Part shown: positions 9,591 through 22,733 of the stretch, piece after piece
Layout: every line of letters begins with the position of its first letter
Numbering within the stretch: position 1 is the first letter of the stretch
NCBI GenBank assembly: GCA_963743915.1
Contig: CAVURN010000003.1
Coordinates: 480,001-544,000, forward strand
Direction of reading: 5' to 3'
DNA from: an uncultured Actinomycetota bacterium
GTDB taxonomy: Bacteria; Actinomycetota; Actinomycetes; JAHEKZ01
Length of the DNA stretch: 64,000 nt
Made by a program: the position numbers and the translations under genes
Notes under the pieces: generated by a model
What the model saw: only the letters and a program-made list of their open reading frames with translations
Databases searched by the model: none
What the model was told of the DNA's origin: nothing

Positions 9591-10562
9591 GTGCGTCCCT
9601 GCTGGACGGGGACGCGGCAGAGCACCTCGTCATCGGCGGTGGGATCAGCGGGATCACCTGCGCCGCGGTGCTGCGGGACGCCGGACGTCCCGTCGTCGTC
9701 CGGGACCGCGGGCACCGGCTCGGTGGGCGGATGGCGGTGCGCACCGTCGAGGGCCGCCCCATCGACATCGGGGCTGCCTACTTCACGGTCACCCATCCGC
9801 TGTTCCGCGAGGTCGTCGAGCGATGGGCCGACCTGGAGCTGGTGCGCCCGTGGACGGACACGTTCCATGTCGGTGCACCGGACGGTCTGATCGGGACGCG
9901 GACGGGACCGATGCGCTACGCGGCGACGCTCGGACTGCGTTCGCTCGTCGAGGAGCTCGCCCTCGGGACTGCCCGTGACACTGCACGACGAGGTGCACGA
10001 CGTCGGGCCGGGCCCGGTGGTCGATGGTGTTCCGTACACGTCGGTCGCGCTGGCGGTTCCGGGTCCGCAGGCACTGGACCTGCTCGCGGAGTCACTGGTC
10101 GCCGAGCGTGTCGCGTCCGACGGTTTGTGGGAGCCGTGCATCGCCGTCGTCGCCACTTTCGCCGATCGCTCGTGGCCCGAGCTCGACGGCGTCTTCGTCA
10201 ACGACTCGCCGGTGCTGACGTTCATCGCCGACGACGGACGCCGGCGCGGTGACGACGCGCCCGTGCTCGTCGCGCATGTGCACCCGCTGCTGTCCGCAGC
10301 CCATCTCGACGATCCCGATGCCGTGGTGGCACCCGCGCTGGAGGAGCTGTCGTCGGTGCTCAGCGTGCCGCTGCACCCGTCGTCGGTGTTCGCCAAGCGA
10401 TGGTCGCTGGCCAAGCCGCTGAACCCGCGACCGGAACCCTTCTGGCTCGGTTCCGAGCGGATCGGCCTCTGCGGCGACCGCTGGCACGGCCCGTCCCGGA
10501 TCGAGTCGGCCTATCTGTCGGGCAGGGCGCTCGGACGCGCCCTGGCCCAGCTGGGCACCTGA
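9587..10562 (+). CDS. FAD-dependent oxidoreductase, renalase-like (frameshift near 9970)
   Basis: VIGGGISG, GGRMA, DIGAAYFT in the first frame; CGD...RIESAYLSG in ORF 9975..10562. Confidence 0.82.
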
Positions 10563-10568
10563 CGCAGG

Positions 10569-11450
10569 TCAGGGCGCGAGCAGCTGCCAGGCTGCGCGCA
10601 CCGCTGTCCACTCCCAGTGAGCTCGCGGCTCGCTGATCTCGCCGTCGACGTTGGCGCGCACCGGTTCTCCGTCGACCACGACTCTCACTCCGCGACGGGT
10701 GTCGACGTCGGACAGCTCGACATGTCGTCCCTCGCGCAGGCGGTAGGCGAAGCTCAGGCGACGCAGCGGGCCGGTGGTGGAGGCCACCGTCACGTCGACG
10801 AGCCCGTCGGTCGGGTCAGCGTCGGGGGCGAGCTCGGCACCTCCACCGATCGTGCGACCGACGGAGAGGCCGACCATCAGCACCCGCCCGCGCGCGGGCA
10901 TCCGGCGCCCGTCCACGTCCACGACGAGCGGCCAGCCGGGATAGCGGACCCCTGCCAGCACGGCGCCCACCGCGAAGCCGGGGGCACCGAGCCTCGCCTT
11001 GGCGCGGGCTCCGAGGCGGACCGCTTCGGCTCCGATGCCCAGGTGCACCGCGTTGACGGCGACCTGTCCGCCCGGTCCGACGAGCAGATCGTGCTGCTGC
11101 GGCTGGGCATCGAGCACGAGCGACGCCGCGGCGTGCACGTCGGACGGGATGCGGGTGGTGCGGGCCAGGTCGTTGCCGGTGCCCAGCGGCACGAGTCCGA
11201 CCGTGGTGGACGCCGCGACGCCGGCGCGGTGGAGGGCGTTGACGGCGGCGTGCAACGATCCGTCGCCACCGGCGACGACGAGCGTGCGCGCGCCGAGGGT
11301 GGCGACCACTGCGTCCAGCTCATCGGGGGAGCCCGTCTCCCGAACCTCGACGGGTCCGGCCGTCGCCAGCACCTCCCGCACCGTCGTCACGGCGTCGCGG
11401 TCGCTGCTGCCTGCGCCGCGGTTGGCGACGACGACGAAGGAGCGGGCCAT
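10569..11450 (-). CDS. Diacylglycerol/lipid kinase family protein
   Basis: VVANRGAG, AGGDGS, PLGTGNDLAR, NVDGE; start MARSFVVV at 11450. Confidence 0.88.
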   Translation of the reverse strand: MARSFVVVANRGAGSSDRDAVTTVREVLATAGPVEVRETGSPDELDAVVATLGARTLVVAGGDGSLHAAVNALHRAGVAASTTVGLVPLGTGNDLARTTRIPSDVHAAASLVLDAQPQQHDLLVGPGGQVAVNAVHLGIGAEAVRLGARAKARLGAPGFAVGAVLAGVRYPGWPLVVDVDGRRMPARGRVLMVGLSVGRTIGGGAELAPDADPTDGLVDVTVASTTGPLRRLSFAYRLREGRHVELSDVDTRRGVRVVVDGEPVRANVDGEISEPRAHWEWTAVRAAWQLLAP

Positions 11451-11495
11451 TCGCCCACTGTCGCACGACGACAGCCGGGCCCGAGGATCCGCTAG

Positions 11496-12833
<1,338 letters not shown>

Positions 12834-12838
12834 GGCAC

Positions 12839-12864
12839 TTGACTTTTTAGTTAAGTCTATTAAC
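12839..12864 (+). promoter_or_regulatory. Putative promoter with GTTAA-N5-TTAAC operator, probably for the downstream TetR regulator
   Basis: TTGACT at 12839 and AT-rich inverted repeat GTTAAgtctaTTAAC at 12850-12864 upstream of the hydrolase-TetR pair. Confidence 0.55.
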
Positions 12865-12886
12865 ATCAGCTCCGAGAGGAGTTCTG

Positions 12887-13705
12887 ATGACGATGACCGT
12901 TTCCGTTCCCCAGACCCGCTACCTCGACCGTCCCGGCGGCCGCCTCGGCTACGACGTGCAGGGAGAGGGTCCGCTGGTGCTGGCCGTCCCCGGCATGGGC
13001 GACCTCCGCAGCAGCTACCGCTTCCTGGCGCCGCAGCTCGTCGCGTCCGGCTACCGGGTCGCCACCGTCGACCTGCGGGGTCACGGCGAGAGCAGCACCA
13101 CGTTCTCGACGTACGACGACGTCGCGGCGGCGTCCGACATCGTCGCGCTGGTCGAGCACCTCGGCGGCCCGGCGATCCTGATCGGCAACTCGATGGGTGC
13201 GGGAGCGGCGGTCATCGCGACCGCTGATCGCCCCGACCTGGTCAGCCGGGTGGTGCTGCTCGGACCGTTCGTGCGCGAGGTGCCGATGCCGCCTGGCGTC
13301 GGGCTGGCGCTGCGGCTGGCGCTGTTGCGTCCTTGGGGGCCACGCTTCTGGCGGTTCTGGCACCGCAGGCTCTTCCCGAGCGCGGTTCCCGCCGACTACG
13401 ACGCCTACCAGCGCGAGCTGCACGCGTCTCTCAGGCGCCCGGGCGCCTGGCGTGCGCTGCAGCGGACCGCGCGCACGTCACACCAGCCCGCCGACGACCG
13501 GCTCGACAGTGTGAAGGCACCCACCCTGGTGGTGATGGGGGGCGCTGACCCGGACTTCCCCGATCCCGCAGCGGAGGCGCAGCTCATCGCCGACCGGGTG
13601 AGTGGCGAGGTGGTCGTCGTCCCGGATGTCGGTCACTACCCCCAGGCTGAGGCTCCCGACGTCACGGGACGCGCGGTCCTCGAGTTCCTCGGGACCCATG
13701 GCTAG
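12887..13705 (+). CDS. Alpha/beta fold hydrolase
   Basis: DLRGHGES, GNSMG, GHYPQAE. Confidence 0.9.
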   Translation: MTMTVSVPQTRYLDRPGGRLGYDVQGEGPLVLAVPGMGDLRSSYRFLAPQLVASGYRVATVDLRGHGESSTTFSTYDDVAAASDIVALVEHLGGPAILIGNSMGAGAAVIATADRPDLVSRVVLLGPFVREVPMPPGVGLALRLALLRPWGPRFWRFWHRRLFPSAVPADYDAYQRELHASLRRPGAWRALQRTARTSHQPADDRLDSVKAPTLVVMGGADPDFPDPAAEAQLIADRVSGEVVVVPDVGHYPQAEAPDVTGRAVLEFLGTHG

Positions 13706-14285
13706 AGCCGGTGTCACGCCGGCGCGCGTCACCGACGTCGCGGCATCGGTGGCCGACCGAGACGGTCTGGACGCGCTGACCTTGGCCGCGGTCGCCGGCG
13801 AGCTCGGCGTCTCGGTGCCGAGCCTGTACAAGCACGTCGACGGCCTCGACGGCATGCACCGGCTTCTGACCGTGCGGGCGGTCGACGAGCTGGCAGCGGA
13901 CATCACCGCGGCGGTCGTCGGGCGCGCCGGCGCCGATGCGCTACCACCGCTGTGTCATGCGTACCGGAAGTTCGCGCGACAGCACCCCGGCCGGTACCAG
14001 GCGACGGTACGAGCTCCCGCGGCGGACGACTCGGAGCACCAGGAGGCCGCCCGCCGCGTCCTGACACCTGTCGTCGCGGTGGTCGCCGGGTACGGCGTGC
14101 CGGAGTCGGAGCAGGTCCACGCCGCGCGGGTGCTGCGCAGTGCGCTGCACGGGTTCGTGGTGCTCGAGCTCGGTGGGGGCTTCGGACTGCCCGAGGATGT
14201 CGACGTGAGCTTCGATCGGCTCGTCGCGTCCGCCGGATCGCGCGCTGACGTCCTGGCCGCAGCACTGAGCGTTCGCTACTCCTAG
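13698..14285 (+). CDS. TetR/AcrR family regulator (WHG-type C-terminal domain)
   Basis: HTH LTLAAVAGELGVSVPSLYKHV; C-terminal RSALHGFVVLE. Confidence 0.88.
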   Translation: MARAGVTPARVTDVAASVADRDGLDALTLAAVAGELGVSVPSLYKHVDGLDGMHRLLTVRAVDELAADITAAVVGRAGADALPPLCHAYRKFARQHPGRYQATVRAPAADDSEHQEAARRVLTPVVAVVAGYGVPESEQVHAARVLRSALHGFVVLELGGGFGLPEDVDVSFDRLVASAGSRADVLAAALSVRYS

Positions 14286-14295
14286 GGTGTGGGCG

Positions 14296-15372
14296 ATGTC
14301 CTCGACGGTGCGCACGGCCCGCCCGGACGACCACGCGCGCGTCGCCGCCGCGGTCGACCGTGGTGGGGCGGGCGTCAGCTGTCGTCCCTGCTGCAACCGC
14401 TCTTCCTCGAGCACTTCAGCGGCACCAGCCTGGTGGCCGAGTCGAGTGCCGGTGACCTGGTGGGCTTCCTGGTCGGCTTCGTGTCGCGGGACGACCCGCG
14501 CATCGGGTACGTCCACTTCGCCGGTGTCTCACCCGCACAGCCGAGGAACCGGACTCGGTCGCGAGCTCTATCAGCGGTTCGCCGATCGCATGGCGGCACG
14601 CGGTGTTCGGCGACTGCGGTGCGTGACGTCGGTCGTCAACATCGACTCGGTCGCGTTCCACGAGGCGATCGGGTTCCGGTCGCCGGTCACAAGGCCGATG
14701 CGGGCGTCGACGGCGGGGAGTATGTGCAGCTGGAACGCGAGCTGCCGGTTGCCCCGAGCCCGCCGCGCGGCCGGCGACCTGGCCACCCGCGCGCGACACC
14801 GTCCTGGTCGGTGACGTCGTCGAGGTGCGTCCCACCGTCCCGGATGACGCCGACGGCCTCTTCACTGCACTGGACCACGCCTGGTGTGGGAACACCTGAC
14901 GGTCGAGCGGCCGCGCATGGCCTTGGAGATGCGCGAGCACGTCGAGCGCGCGCAGCAGTCGATGCATCCGTGGACGGTGCGCCTGCGTTCGCCGCTGCGC
15001 GATCTGCCGGCGGGCGCCGTCGTCGGGTGGTCGTCCTACCTCGAGGTGTCCGCCCCCGATGCTCGTCTCGAGATCGGGTCGACCGCGTACGCACCGGCGG
15101 TCTGGGCGTCCAGGGTCAACCCCGAGACCAAGCTGCTGCTGCTCGGGCACGCCTTCGACACGCTCGGCTTCGGGCGCGTGCAGCTCAAGACCGACGTGCG
15201 CAACACGCGGTCACAGGACGCGATCGCCCGACTCGGAGCCGTGCGCGAGGGACTCCTGCGTCGCTATCAGCGCAGGCGCGACGGATCGGTGCGCGACACC
15301 GTGCTCTTCTCGATCACTGACGACGAGTGGCCCGCGGTGCGCGACAAGCTCGAGTCGCGCCTGCAGGGCTAA
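14296..15372 (+). CDS. GNAT acetyltransferase(s), apparently two tandem GNAT domains (several frameshifts)
   Basis: First domain YVHFAGV..RGTGLGRELY..SVAFHEAIGF across frames; second RimJ/L-like domain LEIGST...RVQLKTDVRNTRSQDAIARLGA. Confidence 0.7.
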
Positions 15373-15731
15373 CCGGGCAGCGCGTAGTTCGAGAAGCCGG
15401 CCCAGTCGACCATGATCACCGTGTCGTCCCCTACCACCCAGGCGTCATGGCCAGGGGGTATCAGGCTGACGTCACCGGCTCCCACCTCGAACTCCGTGCC
15501 GTCCGCCATCTTGACGTGCAGCGTTCCCTGGAGCTGGTACCCGGCGTGGGGAACGAGGCACTGGTCGGTCTTTGCGATCGGTTTGATGTCGTTCGACCAG
15601 CGCCAGCCCGGCTCGAAGTACGCCCGACCGATCTCGCCTTCCTCGGTGCGGACGAGCTCGAGGCGTCCGTTGGGGAAGTTGCGGACCTCGTCGGGCTTCT
15701 CGAAGGTGTGGTGGTGTGCCTGCTTGGCCAT
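15369..15731 (-). CDS. Cupin domain protein
   Basis: FEPGWRWS, CLVPHAGY, IPPGHDAWVVG; GGAGG RBS. Confidence 0.85.
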   Translation of the reverse strand: MAKQAHHHTFEKPDEVRNFPNGRLELVRTEEGEIGRAYFEPGWRWSNDIKPIAKTDQCLVPHAGYQLQGTLHVKMADGTEFEVGAGDVSLIPPGHDAWVVGDDTVIMVDWAGFSNYALPG

Positions 15732-16066
15732 GGACTCCTCCTTCAGGAGTAGGAGCCCACTCAACGCCCGACGTCGGACGAGGACAAGACACCAACGGGT
15801 GGTTCTCGGGTCAGTGCCCGACTCCCGACATCACGGTCGCGATTCGGGATTCCGATCTCTGGTTTCGCTGACACCGATCCGTTCATCCCGTGGCCGACGT
15901 GGCGCAGGCCGTGGAGGAGAGCATCAGGGTGCGGTCGTTGCCTCCCCCACACGGCAGGGCAGCAAGCCTGTGCCGGGGTAGGGCTGAAGGTCTTGCCCGC
16001 TGTCGACGGGCGGCGCGCGGGGCCTACCCTGGAGCCGTTCGCGCACGTCACGGCCTAGGAGTCCCC

Positions 16067-17432
16067 ATGAACGCTCCCACCCCCGACCCCGCCCGCGGTG
16101 AAGAGGTCGTCGCTCTCGACCGCAAGCACGTCTTCCACTCGTGGTCGGCGCAGGGCGCGTTGAACCCCTTGCCGATCGCGGCGGCTGAGGGCTCCTACTT
16201 CTGGGACTACGCGGGGACGCGCTACCTCGACTTCTCGTCGCAGCTGGTGAACACCAACATCGGGCACCAGCACCCCAAGGTCGTCGCCGCGATCCAGGAG
16301 CAGGCCGGACGACTCGTCGACCATCGCTCCGCAGCACGCGAACGACGTCCGCAGCGAGGCGGCCCGTCTCATCAGCGAGCTGGCGCCGCCGAACCACAAC
16401 AAGGTCTTCTTCACCAACGGCGGGGCCGACGCCAACGAGAACGCTGTCCGCATGGCACGGCTGCACACCGGACGCCACAAGGTGCTGTCCGCGTACCGCA
16501 GCTACCACGGCAACACGGCGACGGCCGTCACGCTGACCGGCGACCCGCGGCGTTGGCCGAACGAGAACGGCATCGCCGGCATCGTGCACTTCTTCGGCCC
16601 GTACCCGTACCGCTCGCCGTTCTGGGCCGAGAGCGACGAGCAGGAGGCCGAGCGCGCGCTGCAGCACCTCGAGGCGGTCATCGAGTTCGAGGGCCCGCAG
16701 ACGATCGCGGCGCTCGTGCTCGAGACTGTCGTCGGGACGGCGGGCGTCCTGATCCCACCGGCGCACTACCTGCAGGGTGTGCGCGAGCTGTGCACCAAGT
16801 ACGGCATCGTCTACATCGCCGACGAGGTCATGGCCGGCTTCGGCCGCACCGGTGACTGGTTCGCGTACGAGCACTTCGGCGTCGAGCCCGACCTCATCAC
16901 CTTCGCCAAGGGCGTGAACTCCGGGTACGTGCCCGGTCGGCGGCGTGATCATCAGCGACGAGATCGCCGCCACGTTCGACGACCGGGTCTTCCCGGGTGG
17001 CCTGACCTACTCCGGGCCACCCGCTGGCGGCCGCGTCCATCGTCGGCACGATCAACGCGATGCGCGACGAGGGCATCGTCGAGAACGCCCGAGCGATCGG
17101 TGAGAACGTCCTCGGGCCCGGGTCTGCGCGAGCTCGCCGAGCGTCACCCCGTGATCGGCGAGGTGCGAGGGCTCGGTGTCTTCTGGGCGCTCGACCTGGT
17201 CAAGAGCCGCGAGACGCGCGAGATGCTCGTGCCCTACAACGCCGCGGGCGCCGCCAACGCGCCGATGGTCGAGCTGGTCGGCGCCTGCAAGAGCCGTGGC
17301 CTGATGCCGTTCACCAACTACAACCGGCTGCACGTCGTGCCGCCGTGCACCGTCTCGGAGACCGAGGCCAAGGAAGGCCTGGCGATCCTGGACGAGGCCT
17401 TCGGCGACATCGCCGAGCACTACCAGGGCTGA
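16067..17432 (+). CDS. Class III PLP-dependent aminotransferase (several frameshifts)
   Basis: YLDFSSQLV, SYHGNT, IADEVMAGFGRTG, PDLITFAKG. Confidence 0.88.
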
Positions 17433-17470
17433 CCGGACGTCGTCGTTCGGGGGTGGGTAGGGTCGCCCGC

Positions 17471-18746
17471 GTGGACGTCCTCGTCGTCGGAGCCGGTGCC
17501 CGCGAGCACGCCCTGTGCCGGGCCCTGAGCCTCGACGAAGAGGTGGGCGCGCTGTACTGCGCGCCCGGCAACGCGGGCACCGCACAGGTGGCGACCAACA
17601 CTCCCGTGGACGCCGCCAGCCCTGACGCGATCGCCGAGCTCGCCGCGTCCATCGGCGTCGACCTCGTCGTGATCGGTCCCGAGGCGCCGCTGGTCGCCGG
17701 TGCTGCGGACGCGGTACGGGCCCGCGGCATTGCCTGCTTCGGGCCGTCGGCTGAGGCGGCAGAGCTCGAAGGCTCCAAGGCGTTCGCCAAGCAGGTGATG
17801 GCGGCGGCGAGCGTCCCCACGGCCATGGCCCACATCTGCGAGACGGCGGAAGAGGCAGCGAACGCCCTGGACGCCTTCGGCCCGCCGTACGTGGTCAAGG
17901 ACGACGGTCTCGCTGCCGGCAAGGGCGTCGTCGTCACCGACGACCGCGACGTCGCACTCGCGCACGCCGCGGCGTGCGGACGCGTCGTCGTCGAGGAGTA
18001 CCTCGACGGACCCGAGGTCTCGCTGTTCTGCATCACCGACGGCAGCCACGGTGGTGCCGCTCGTCCCGGCGCAGGACTTCAAGCGTGCGGGAGACGGAGA
18101 CGCCGGACCGAACACCGGCGGCATGGGTGCGTACTCGCCGCTCCCGTGGGCGCCGGAGTCATTGGTCGACGACGTCGTGCGCACGGTGGTGCAGCCCACC
18201 GTCGACGAGATGGCCCGCCGCGGCACACCCTTCAGCGGTCTGCTCTACACGGGTCTCGCGATGACGTCGCGCGGCATGCGCGTCGTCGAGTTCAACGCAC
18301 GTTTCGGCGACCCGGAGACGCAGGTCGTCCTCGCCCGGCTGCTGACGCCGCTCGGTGCCGTGCTGCGGGCTGCCGCGCTCGGGCATCTCGCCGATCTGCC
18401 AGACCTGCGATGGACGCCGAATGCGGCGGTCACCGTCGTGGTCGCAGCGGAGAACTACCCGGACACACCTCGTACCGGAGACCCGATCGAGGGGCTGGAC
18501 GCCGCCAACGCAGTTCCCGACGCCTATGTGCTGCACGCGGGGACTCGGCTCGAGGGGGACCAGGTGGTGAGTGCCGGTGGCCGGGTGCTCTCGGTCGTCG
18601 GGACCGGACCCGACCTGGCCGCCGCGCGGGCGGCTGCCTACACGGCGGTCGACCGCATCTCGCTGGCGGGCTCGCACCACCGGTCCGACATCGCGGAGGC
18701 CGCGTGCGGAGCGCATGCAGTAGACATGCAGAGTGCATGCAATTAG
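17471..18746 (+). CDS. purD: Phosphoribosylamine-glycine ligase (frameshift near 18048)
   Basis: [32 protein letters not shown]; then [23 protein letters not shown] in the next frame. Confidence 0.95.
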
Positions 18747-18759
18747 CATGCATGCATGC
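18713..18759. promoter_or_regulatory. Clustered GCATGC/CATGCA palindromes, putative vapBC autoregulatory operator
   Basis: GCATGCAGTAGACATGCAGAGTGCATGCAATTAGCATGCATGCATGC, ending across the antitoxin ATG. Confidence 0.55.
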
Positions 18760-19379
18760 CCAAGACACTCCAGGTCCGCAACGTCCCCGACGAGGTCCAC
18801 GCTGCCCTCCGCCGCCGAGCCGATGAGTCAGGTGTGTCGCTGTCGGAGTACGTGCTGCGCGAGATCCTTGCGAACGCGACCAAGCCATCGAACGCCGACA
18901 TCTTTGCCCGGCTGGCGCCGCTCAGGGGTGACTTCTCGACGTCGGAGATCCTCGACGCCATCCACGCCGATCGACCGATGATCGTCGTCGATGCGTCAGT
19001 GGTGGTCGCCGCCTTGACGGCACAGCGCGCGGTTGGCCCCGCGGCCCGCGAGGTTCTGCAGAGTGCGGGCCGGCCGCTGGCTGCCCCCGCCCTGATCGAC
19101 CTCGAGGTTGCGTCGGCCCTCAGGCGGCTCGAGGGAAGCCTCCATGCTCCTTCCGGCATGGCCGAGACGGCGCTGGCCGAGCTGTCGTCGCTGCGACTGG
19201 AACGGTGGCCGCACGAAGGCCTCCTCCCTCGGGTGTGGCAGCTGCGTCACAACCTCACCCCGTACGACGCCGCCTACGTCGCGCTCGCGGAACGTCTGGG
19301 CGCAACGTTGGTGACCGCGGACGGTGCGCATCTTGCAGCGCCCGGGATCAAGTGCGACATCAGGATTCTCAGCGGATGA
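18756..19379 (+). CDS. FitA-like RHH antitoxin plus VapC (PIN) toxin, read as one ORF here
   Basis: TLQVRNVPDEVHAALRRRA...SLSEY (RHH); MIVVDAS...EVASAL...YDAAYVALAE...LVTAD (PIN) starting at 18978. Confidence 0.85.
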   Translation: MPKTLQVRNVPDEVHAALRRRADESGVSLSEYVLREILANATKPSNADIFARLAPLRGDFSTSEILDAIHADRPMIVVDASVVVAALTAQRAVGPAAREVLQSAGRPLAAPALIDLEVASALRRLEGSLHAPSGMAETALAELSSLRLERWPHEGLLPRVWQLRHNLTPYDAAYVALAERLGATLVTADGAHLAAPGIKCDIRILSG

Positions 19380-19460
19380 GCCGCCGCCCTGGAGCGGGCG
19401 CGGTATCGCGCGACAGAGCAGGGATTTCGGCTCCTCTGATCAACCTGGGAGAATGACGCG

Positions 19461-20891
19461 GTGACGAAGCCGCAGATCCCCGACGTGCTCGCCTCGCGCT
19501 ACGCCTCCGACGCCATGGCCAGGATCTGGTCGCCCGAGCACAAGGTGGTGCTCGAGCGGCAGCTGTGGCTGGCGGTGCTCGAGTCGCAGCGAGCGCTCGG
19601 TCTCGACGTCCCGCAGCAGGTGGTCGACGACTACCGCGCTGTGATCGACCAGGTCGACCTCGACTCCATAGCGGCCCGGGAGCGCGTGACGCGGCACGAC
19701 GTCAAGGCCCGGATCGAGGAGTTCTGCGCACTCGCCGGTCACGAGCAGATCCACAAGGGTATGACGTCACGCGACCTGACCGAGAACGTCGAGCAGCTGC
19801 AGGTGCGCTCGTCCCTCGAGCTCGTCCGCGCCAAGACGGTGGCCACCCTCGGTCGTCTGGCCACCTTGGCGTCCGAGCACGCAACCCTGGTCATGGCCGG
19901 TCGTTCCCACAACGTCGCGGCGCAGGCGACGACGATGGGCAAGCGGTTCGCGACCGCGGCCGACGAGATGCTGGTCGCCTACGACCGACTCGACGCCCTG
20001 ATCGCCCGCTACCCGCTGCGGGGCATCAAGGGTCCGGTGGGCACCAGCCAGGACATGCTCGACCTTTTCGATGGCGACAGCAGCAAGGTGGCCGAGCTCG
20101 AGATCGAGATCTCTCGGCATCTGGGCTTCGAGCGGGTCCTCGACAGCGTCGGTCAGGTGTACCCGCGATCGCTCGACTACGACGTCGTCACGTCCCTGGT
20201 GCAGCTCGCGGCGGCCCCGTCCTCGCTGGCCAAGACCATCCGGCTCATGGCGGGCAACGAGCTCGTCACCGAGGGGTTCAAGCCCGGGCAGGTCGGTTCG
20301 TCGGCGATGCCGCACAAGATGAACACGCGATCGTGTGAGCGCGTCAACGGGTTCGCCGTGATTTTGCGCGGCTACGCGTCCATGGTGGGTGAGCTCGCCG
20401 GCGACCAGTGGAACGAGGGTGACGTCTCGTGCTCGGTGGTGCGGCGGGTGGCTCTGGCCGATGCCTTCTTCGCTGTCGACGGACTGTTCGAGACCTTCCT
20501 CACCGTGCTCGACGAGTTCGGTGTCTTCCCCGCGGTCGTGCAGCGTGAGCTCGAGCGGTACCTGCCGTTCCTGGCCACCACCAAGGTGCTCATGGCGGCG
20601 GTCAGAGCCGGGGTGGGACGTGAGACCGCGCACGAGGTCATCAAGGAGCACGCAGTCGCGGTGGCACTGGAGATGCGCGAGAAAGGTGTCGAGGGCAACG
20701 ACCTGCTGGCGCGGCTGGCGTCCGATGAGCGCCTGGGCCTGACGCAGGCCGACCTTGACGGTCTGGTCGCCGAGCCTTTGTCGTTCACGGGCACGGCCAC
20801 CGATCAGATCGGTGCCGTCGCGCTCCGCGTGGCCGAGGTCGTCAGCAGCTACCCCGATGATGCGAAGTACCGCCCCGGAGACATCCTGTGA
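19461..20891 (+). CDS. purB: Adenylosuccinate lyase
   Basis: [25 protein letters not shown] signature. Confidence 0.96.
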   Translation: MTKPQIPDVLASRYASDAMARIWSPEHKVVLERQLWLAVLESQRALGLDVPQQVVDDYRAVIDQVDLDSIAARERVTRHDVKARIEEFCALAGHEQIHKGMTSRDLTENVEQLQVRSSLELVRAKTVATLGRLATLASEHATLVMAGRSHNVAAQATTMGKRFATAADEMLVAYDRLDALIARYPLRGIKGPVGTSQDMLDLFDGDSSKVAELEIEISRHLGFERVLDSVGQVYPRSLDYDVVTSLVQLAAAPSSLAKTIRLMAGNELVTEGFKPGQVGSSAMPHKMNTRSCERVNGFAVILRGYASMVGELAGDQWNEGDVSCSVVRRVALADAFFAVDGLFETFLTVLDEFGVFPAVVQRELERYLPFLATTKVLMAAVRAGVGRETAHEVIKEHAVAVALEMREKGVEGNDLLARLASDERLGLTQADLDGLVAEPLSFTGTATDQIGAVALRVAEVVSSYPDDAKYRPGDIL

Positions 20892-21781
20892 CGGCGATGG
20901 CCAACGTGCCGCCGGCGCCCGCGCTGCCCGGGGTCACCCACGTCTACAGCGGCAAGGTGCGCGATCTCTACGAGTATCCCGACGGACGGATGCTCTTCGT
21001 CGCCAGTGACCGCATGTCTGCCTATGACTGGGTGCTCCCGACGACGATCCCGGACAAGGGTCGTGTCCTCACCGCCCTGACGGTGTGGTGGTTCGAGCAG
21101 CTGGCCGAGATCGTGCCGAACCACCTGCTGTCGATGGACGTCCCCGACGCCGTCGCCGGACGCGCGATGGTCACGCAACGCCTGGAGATGTTCCCGGTGG
21201 AGTGCGTGGCGCGTGGGTACCTGGCCGGCTCAGGCCTGTCGGACTACGACGCCACCGGGTCGGTCTGCGGCAACCCGCTGCCCGCTGGTCTCGTCGACGG
21301 GTCCCGCCTGCCGACCGCGATCTTCACACCTGCGACGAAGGCCGAGCTCGGTGAGCACGACGAGAACGTCGACTTCGAGACCGTCGTGAAGACGGTCGGC
21401 GCTGACGACGCCGAGGCGCTCCGTGCGCTGACGCTGCGGGTGTACGCGCGCGCCGAGGAGATCGCGCGCGAACGGGGGATCGTCGTGGCCGACACCAAGT
21501 TCGAGTTCGGACGCCATGCGGCGTCCGGGAAGATCGTGCTCGCCGACGAGGTGCTCACCCCCGACTCTTCCCGGTTCTGGCCCGCCGACCAGTGGGAGCC
21601 CGGACACCCGCAGCCGTCCTTCGACAAGCAGTTCGTGCGTGACTGGCTCACCTCACCCGCGTCCGGCTGGGACCGCCACTCGGGTGAGGCTCCGCCTCCG
21701 CTGCCCGAGGACGTCGTGGAGCAGACCCGGGCGAAGTACGTCGAGGCCTACGAGCGTCTCACCGGCCGTCACTGGTCCTGA
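20888..21781 (+). CDS. purC: SAICAR synthetase
   Basis: [47 protein letters not shown]. Confidence 0.97.
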   Translation: MTAMANVPPAPALPGVTHVYSGKVRDLYEYPDGRMLFVASDRMSAYDWVLPTTIPDKGRVLTALTVWWFEQLAEIVPNHLLSMDVPDAVAGRAMVTQRLEMFPVECVARGYLAGSGLSDYDATGSVCGNPLPAGLVDGSRLPTAIFTPATKAELGEHDENVDFETVVKTVGADDAEALRALTLRVYARAEEIARERGIVVADTKFEFGRHAASGKIVLADEVLTPDSSRFWPADQWEPGHPQPSFDKQFVRDWLTSPASGWDRHSGEAPPPLPEDVVEQTRAKYVEAYERLTGRHWS

Positions 21782-21869
21782 GAAGGACATCCCGAGGGCT
21801 ACGCCGACCTCCTTCAAGCTGCGAACACTCCTCGTTGCGCTTGCGGTCAGACGGTCCTGGACACACGCA

Positions 21870-22733
21870 TCACGGGGTGGCGAGAAATGTGCGTAGTCTG
21901 GCGATCGTGTCGCCGCGGAAGCTGAGCATGAAGCCGTGCCCCGCACCCTCCAGGATCTCCAACTCGGCCGTGGGGTTCTGCTCGGCGTGGTAGCGAGCGT
22001 GGTCGACGGGCACGGTCGTGTCCTCGCTGCCGTGCATGATCAACGCCGAGACGTCGACACTGGCGTCGGGACCCTCGTGCAGCAACGCCTGGAGTTGGCG
22101 CATGTCATTGCGCACGCCCTCGAGCGCGATAGGGGCAACGAGGTGGTCGCCGAGGTAGCTGCGGATGTCCGCCCGCAGGGATGGGTCCGCGTTGTACCGG
22201 TCCATCTCAGTTGGACTCAGTAGCTCCGGGAGGATCGTGCGTGCGAACTTCTCGTCGGCATGGGCTCGACCGTAAGCGGTGAGCTCAGTCGCAGCCTCCT
22301 GCTCCAGCGTCGCCGGATCGAACTCCGACTCCGCCTCGATCCCGTGCGAGGGCAGTCCTCGAGCGACGGCGCACCACAGGACGAGCCGGCGGCACCGGCT
22401 TGAGTGGTCGCGGGCGGCGAGCAAGGCGATGGGTCCGCTGGCGGACATGCCGATGACGGTGCAGTCCGCCACGCCGATCGCATCGAGCAGGCCGACGTAC
22501 ATCGACGCTTGCTCGTGGAACGTCGCCGCCGTCGCCAGCGGTGTTTGCCCGTACCCAGGACGTGACACCGAGATCACTTGGTGGGACGGAAGCGCCGCGG
22601 CCAGCCACGTGTTGAGGCGATAGCTCCCCCCGGGACCGCAACCGTGCGCGACCAAGACGGTCGGGCCCTCACCAGAACGCCAGATCTCGAGCGGTCCGCC
22701 AGGGAGCTCGAGCATCACGTGGGTCATGCACAC
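21870..22733 (-). CDS. Alpha/beta fold hydrolase
   Basis: HGCGPGG, SRPGYG, GMSASG, HGSEDTTVP, GAGH. Confidence 0.8.
   Translation of the reverse strand: MCMTHVMLELPGGPLEIWRSGEGPTVLVAHGCGPGGSYRLNTWLAAALPSHQVISVSRPGYGQTPLATAATFHEQASMYVGLLDAIGVADCTVIGMSASGPIALLAARDHSSRCRRLVLWCAVARGLPSHGIEAESEFDPATLEQEAATELTAYGRAHADEKFARTILPELLSPTEMDRYNADPSLRADIRSYLGDHLVAPIALEGVRNDMRQLQALLHEGPDASVDVSALIMHGSEDTTVPVDHARYHAEQNPTAELEILEGAGHGFMLSFRGDTIARLRTFLATP

Noticed and set aside
15765-16066. Possible ncRNA in the cupin-aminotransferase intergenic region
   Set aside because: No convincing structure or known motif; consistent with divergent promoters
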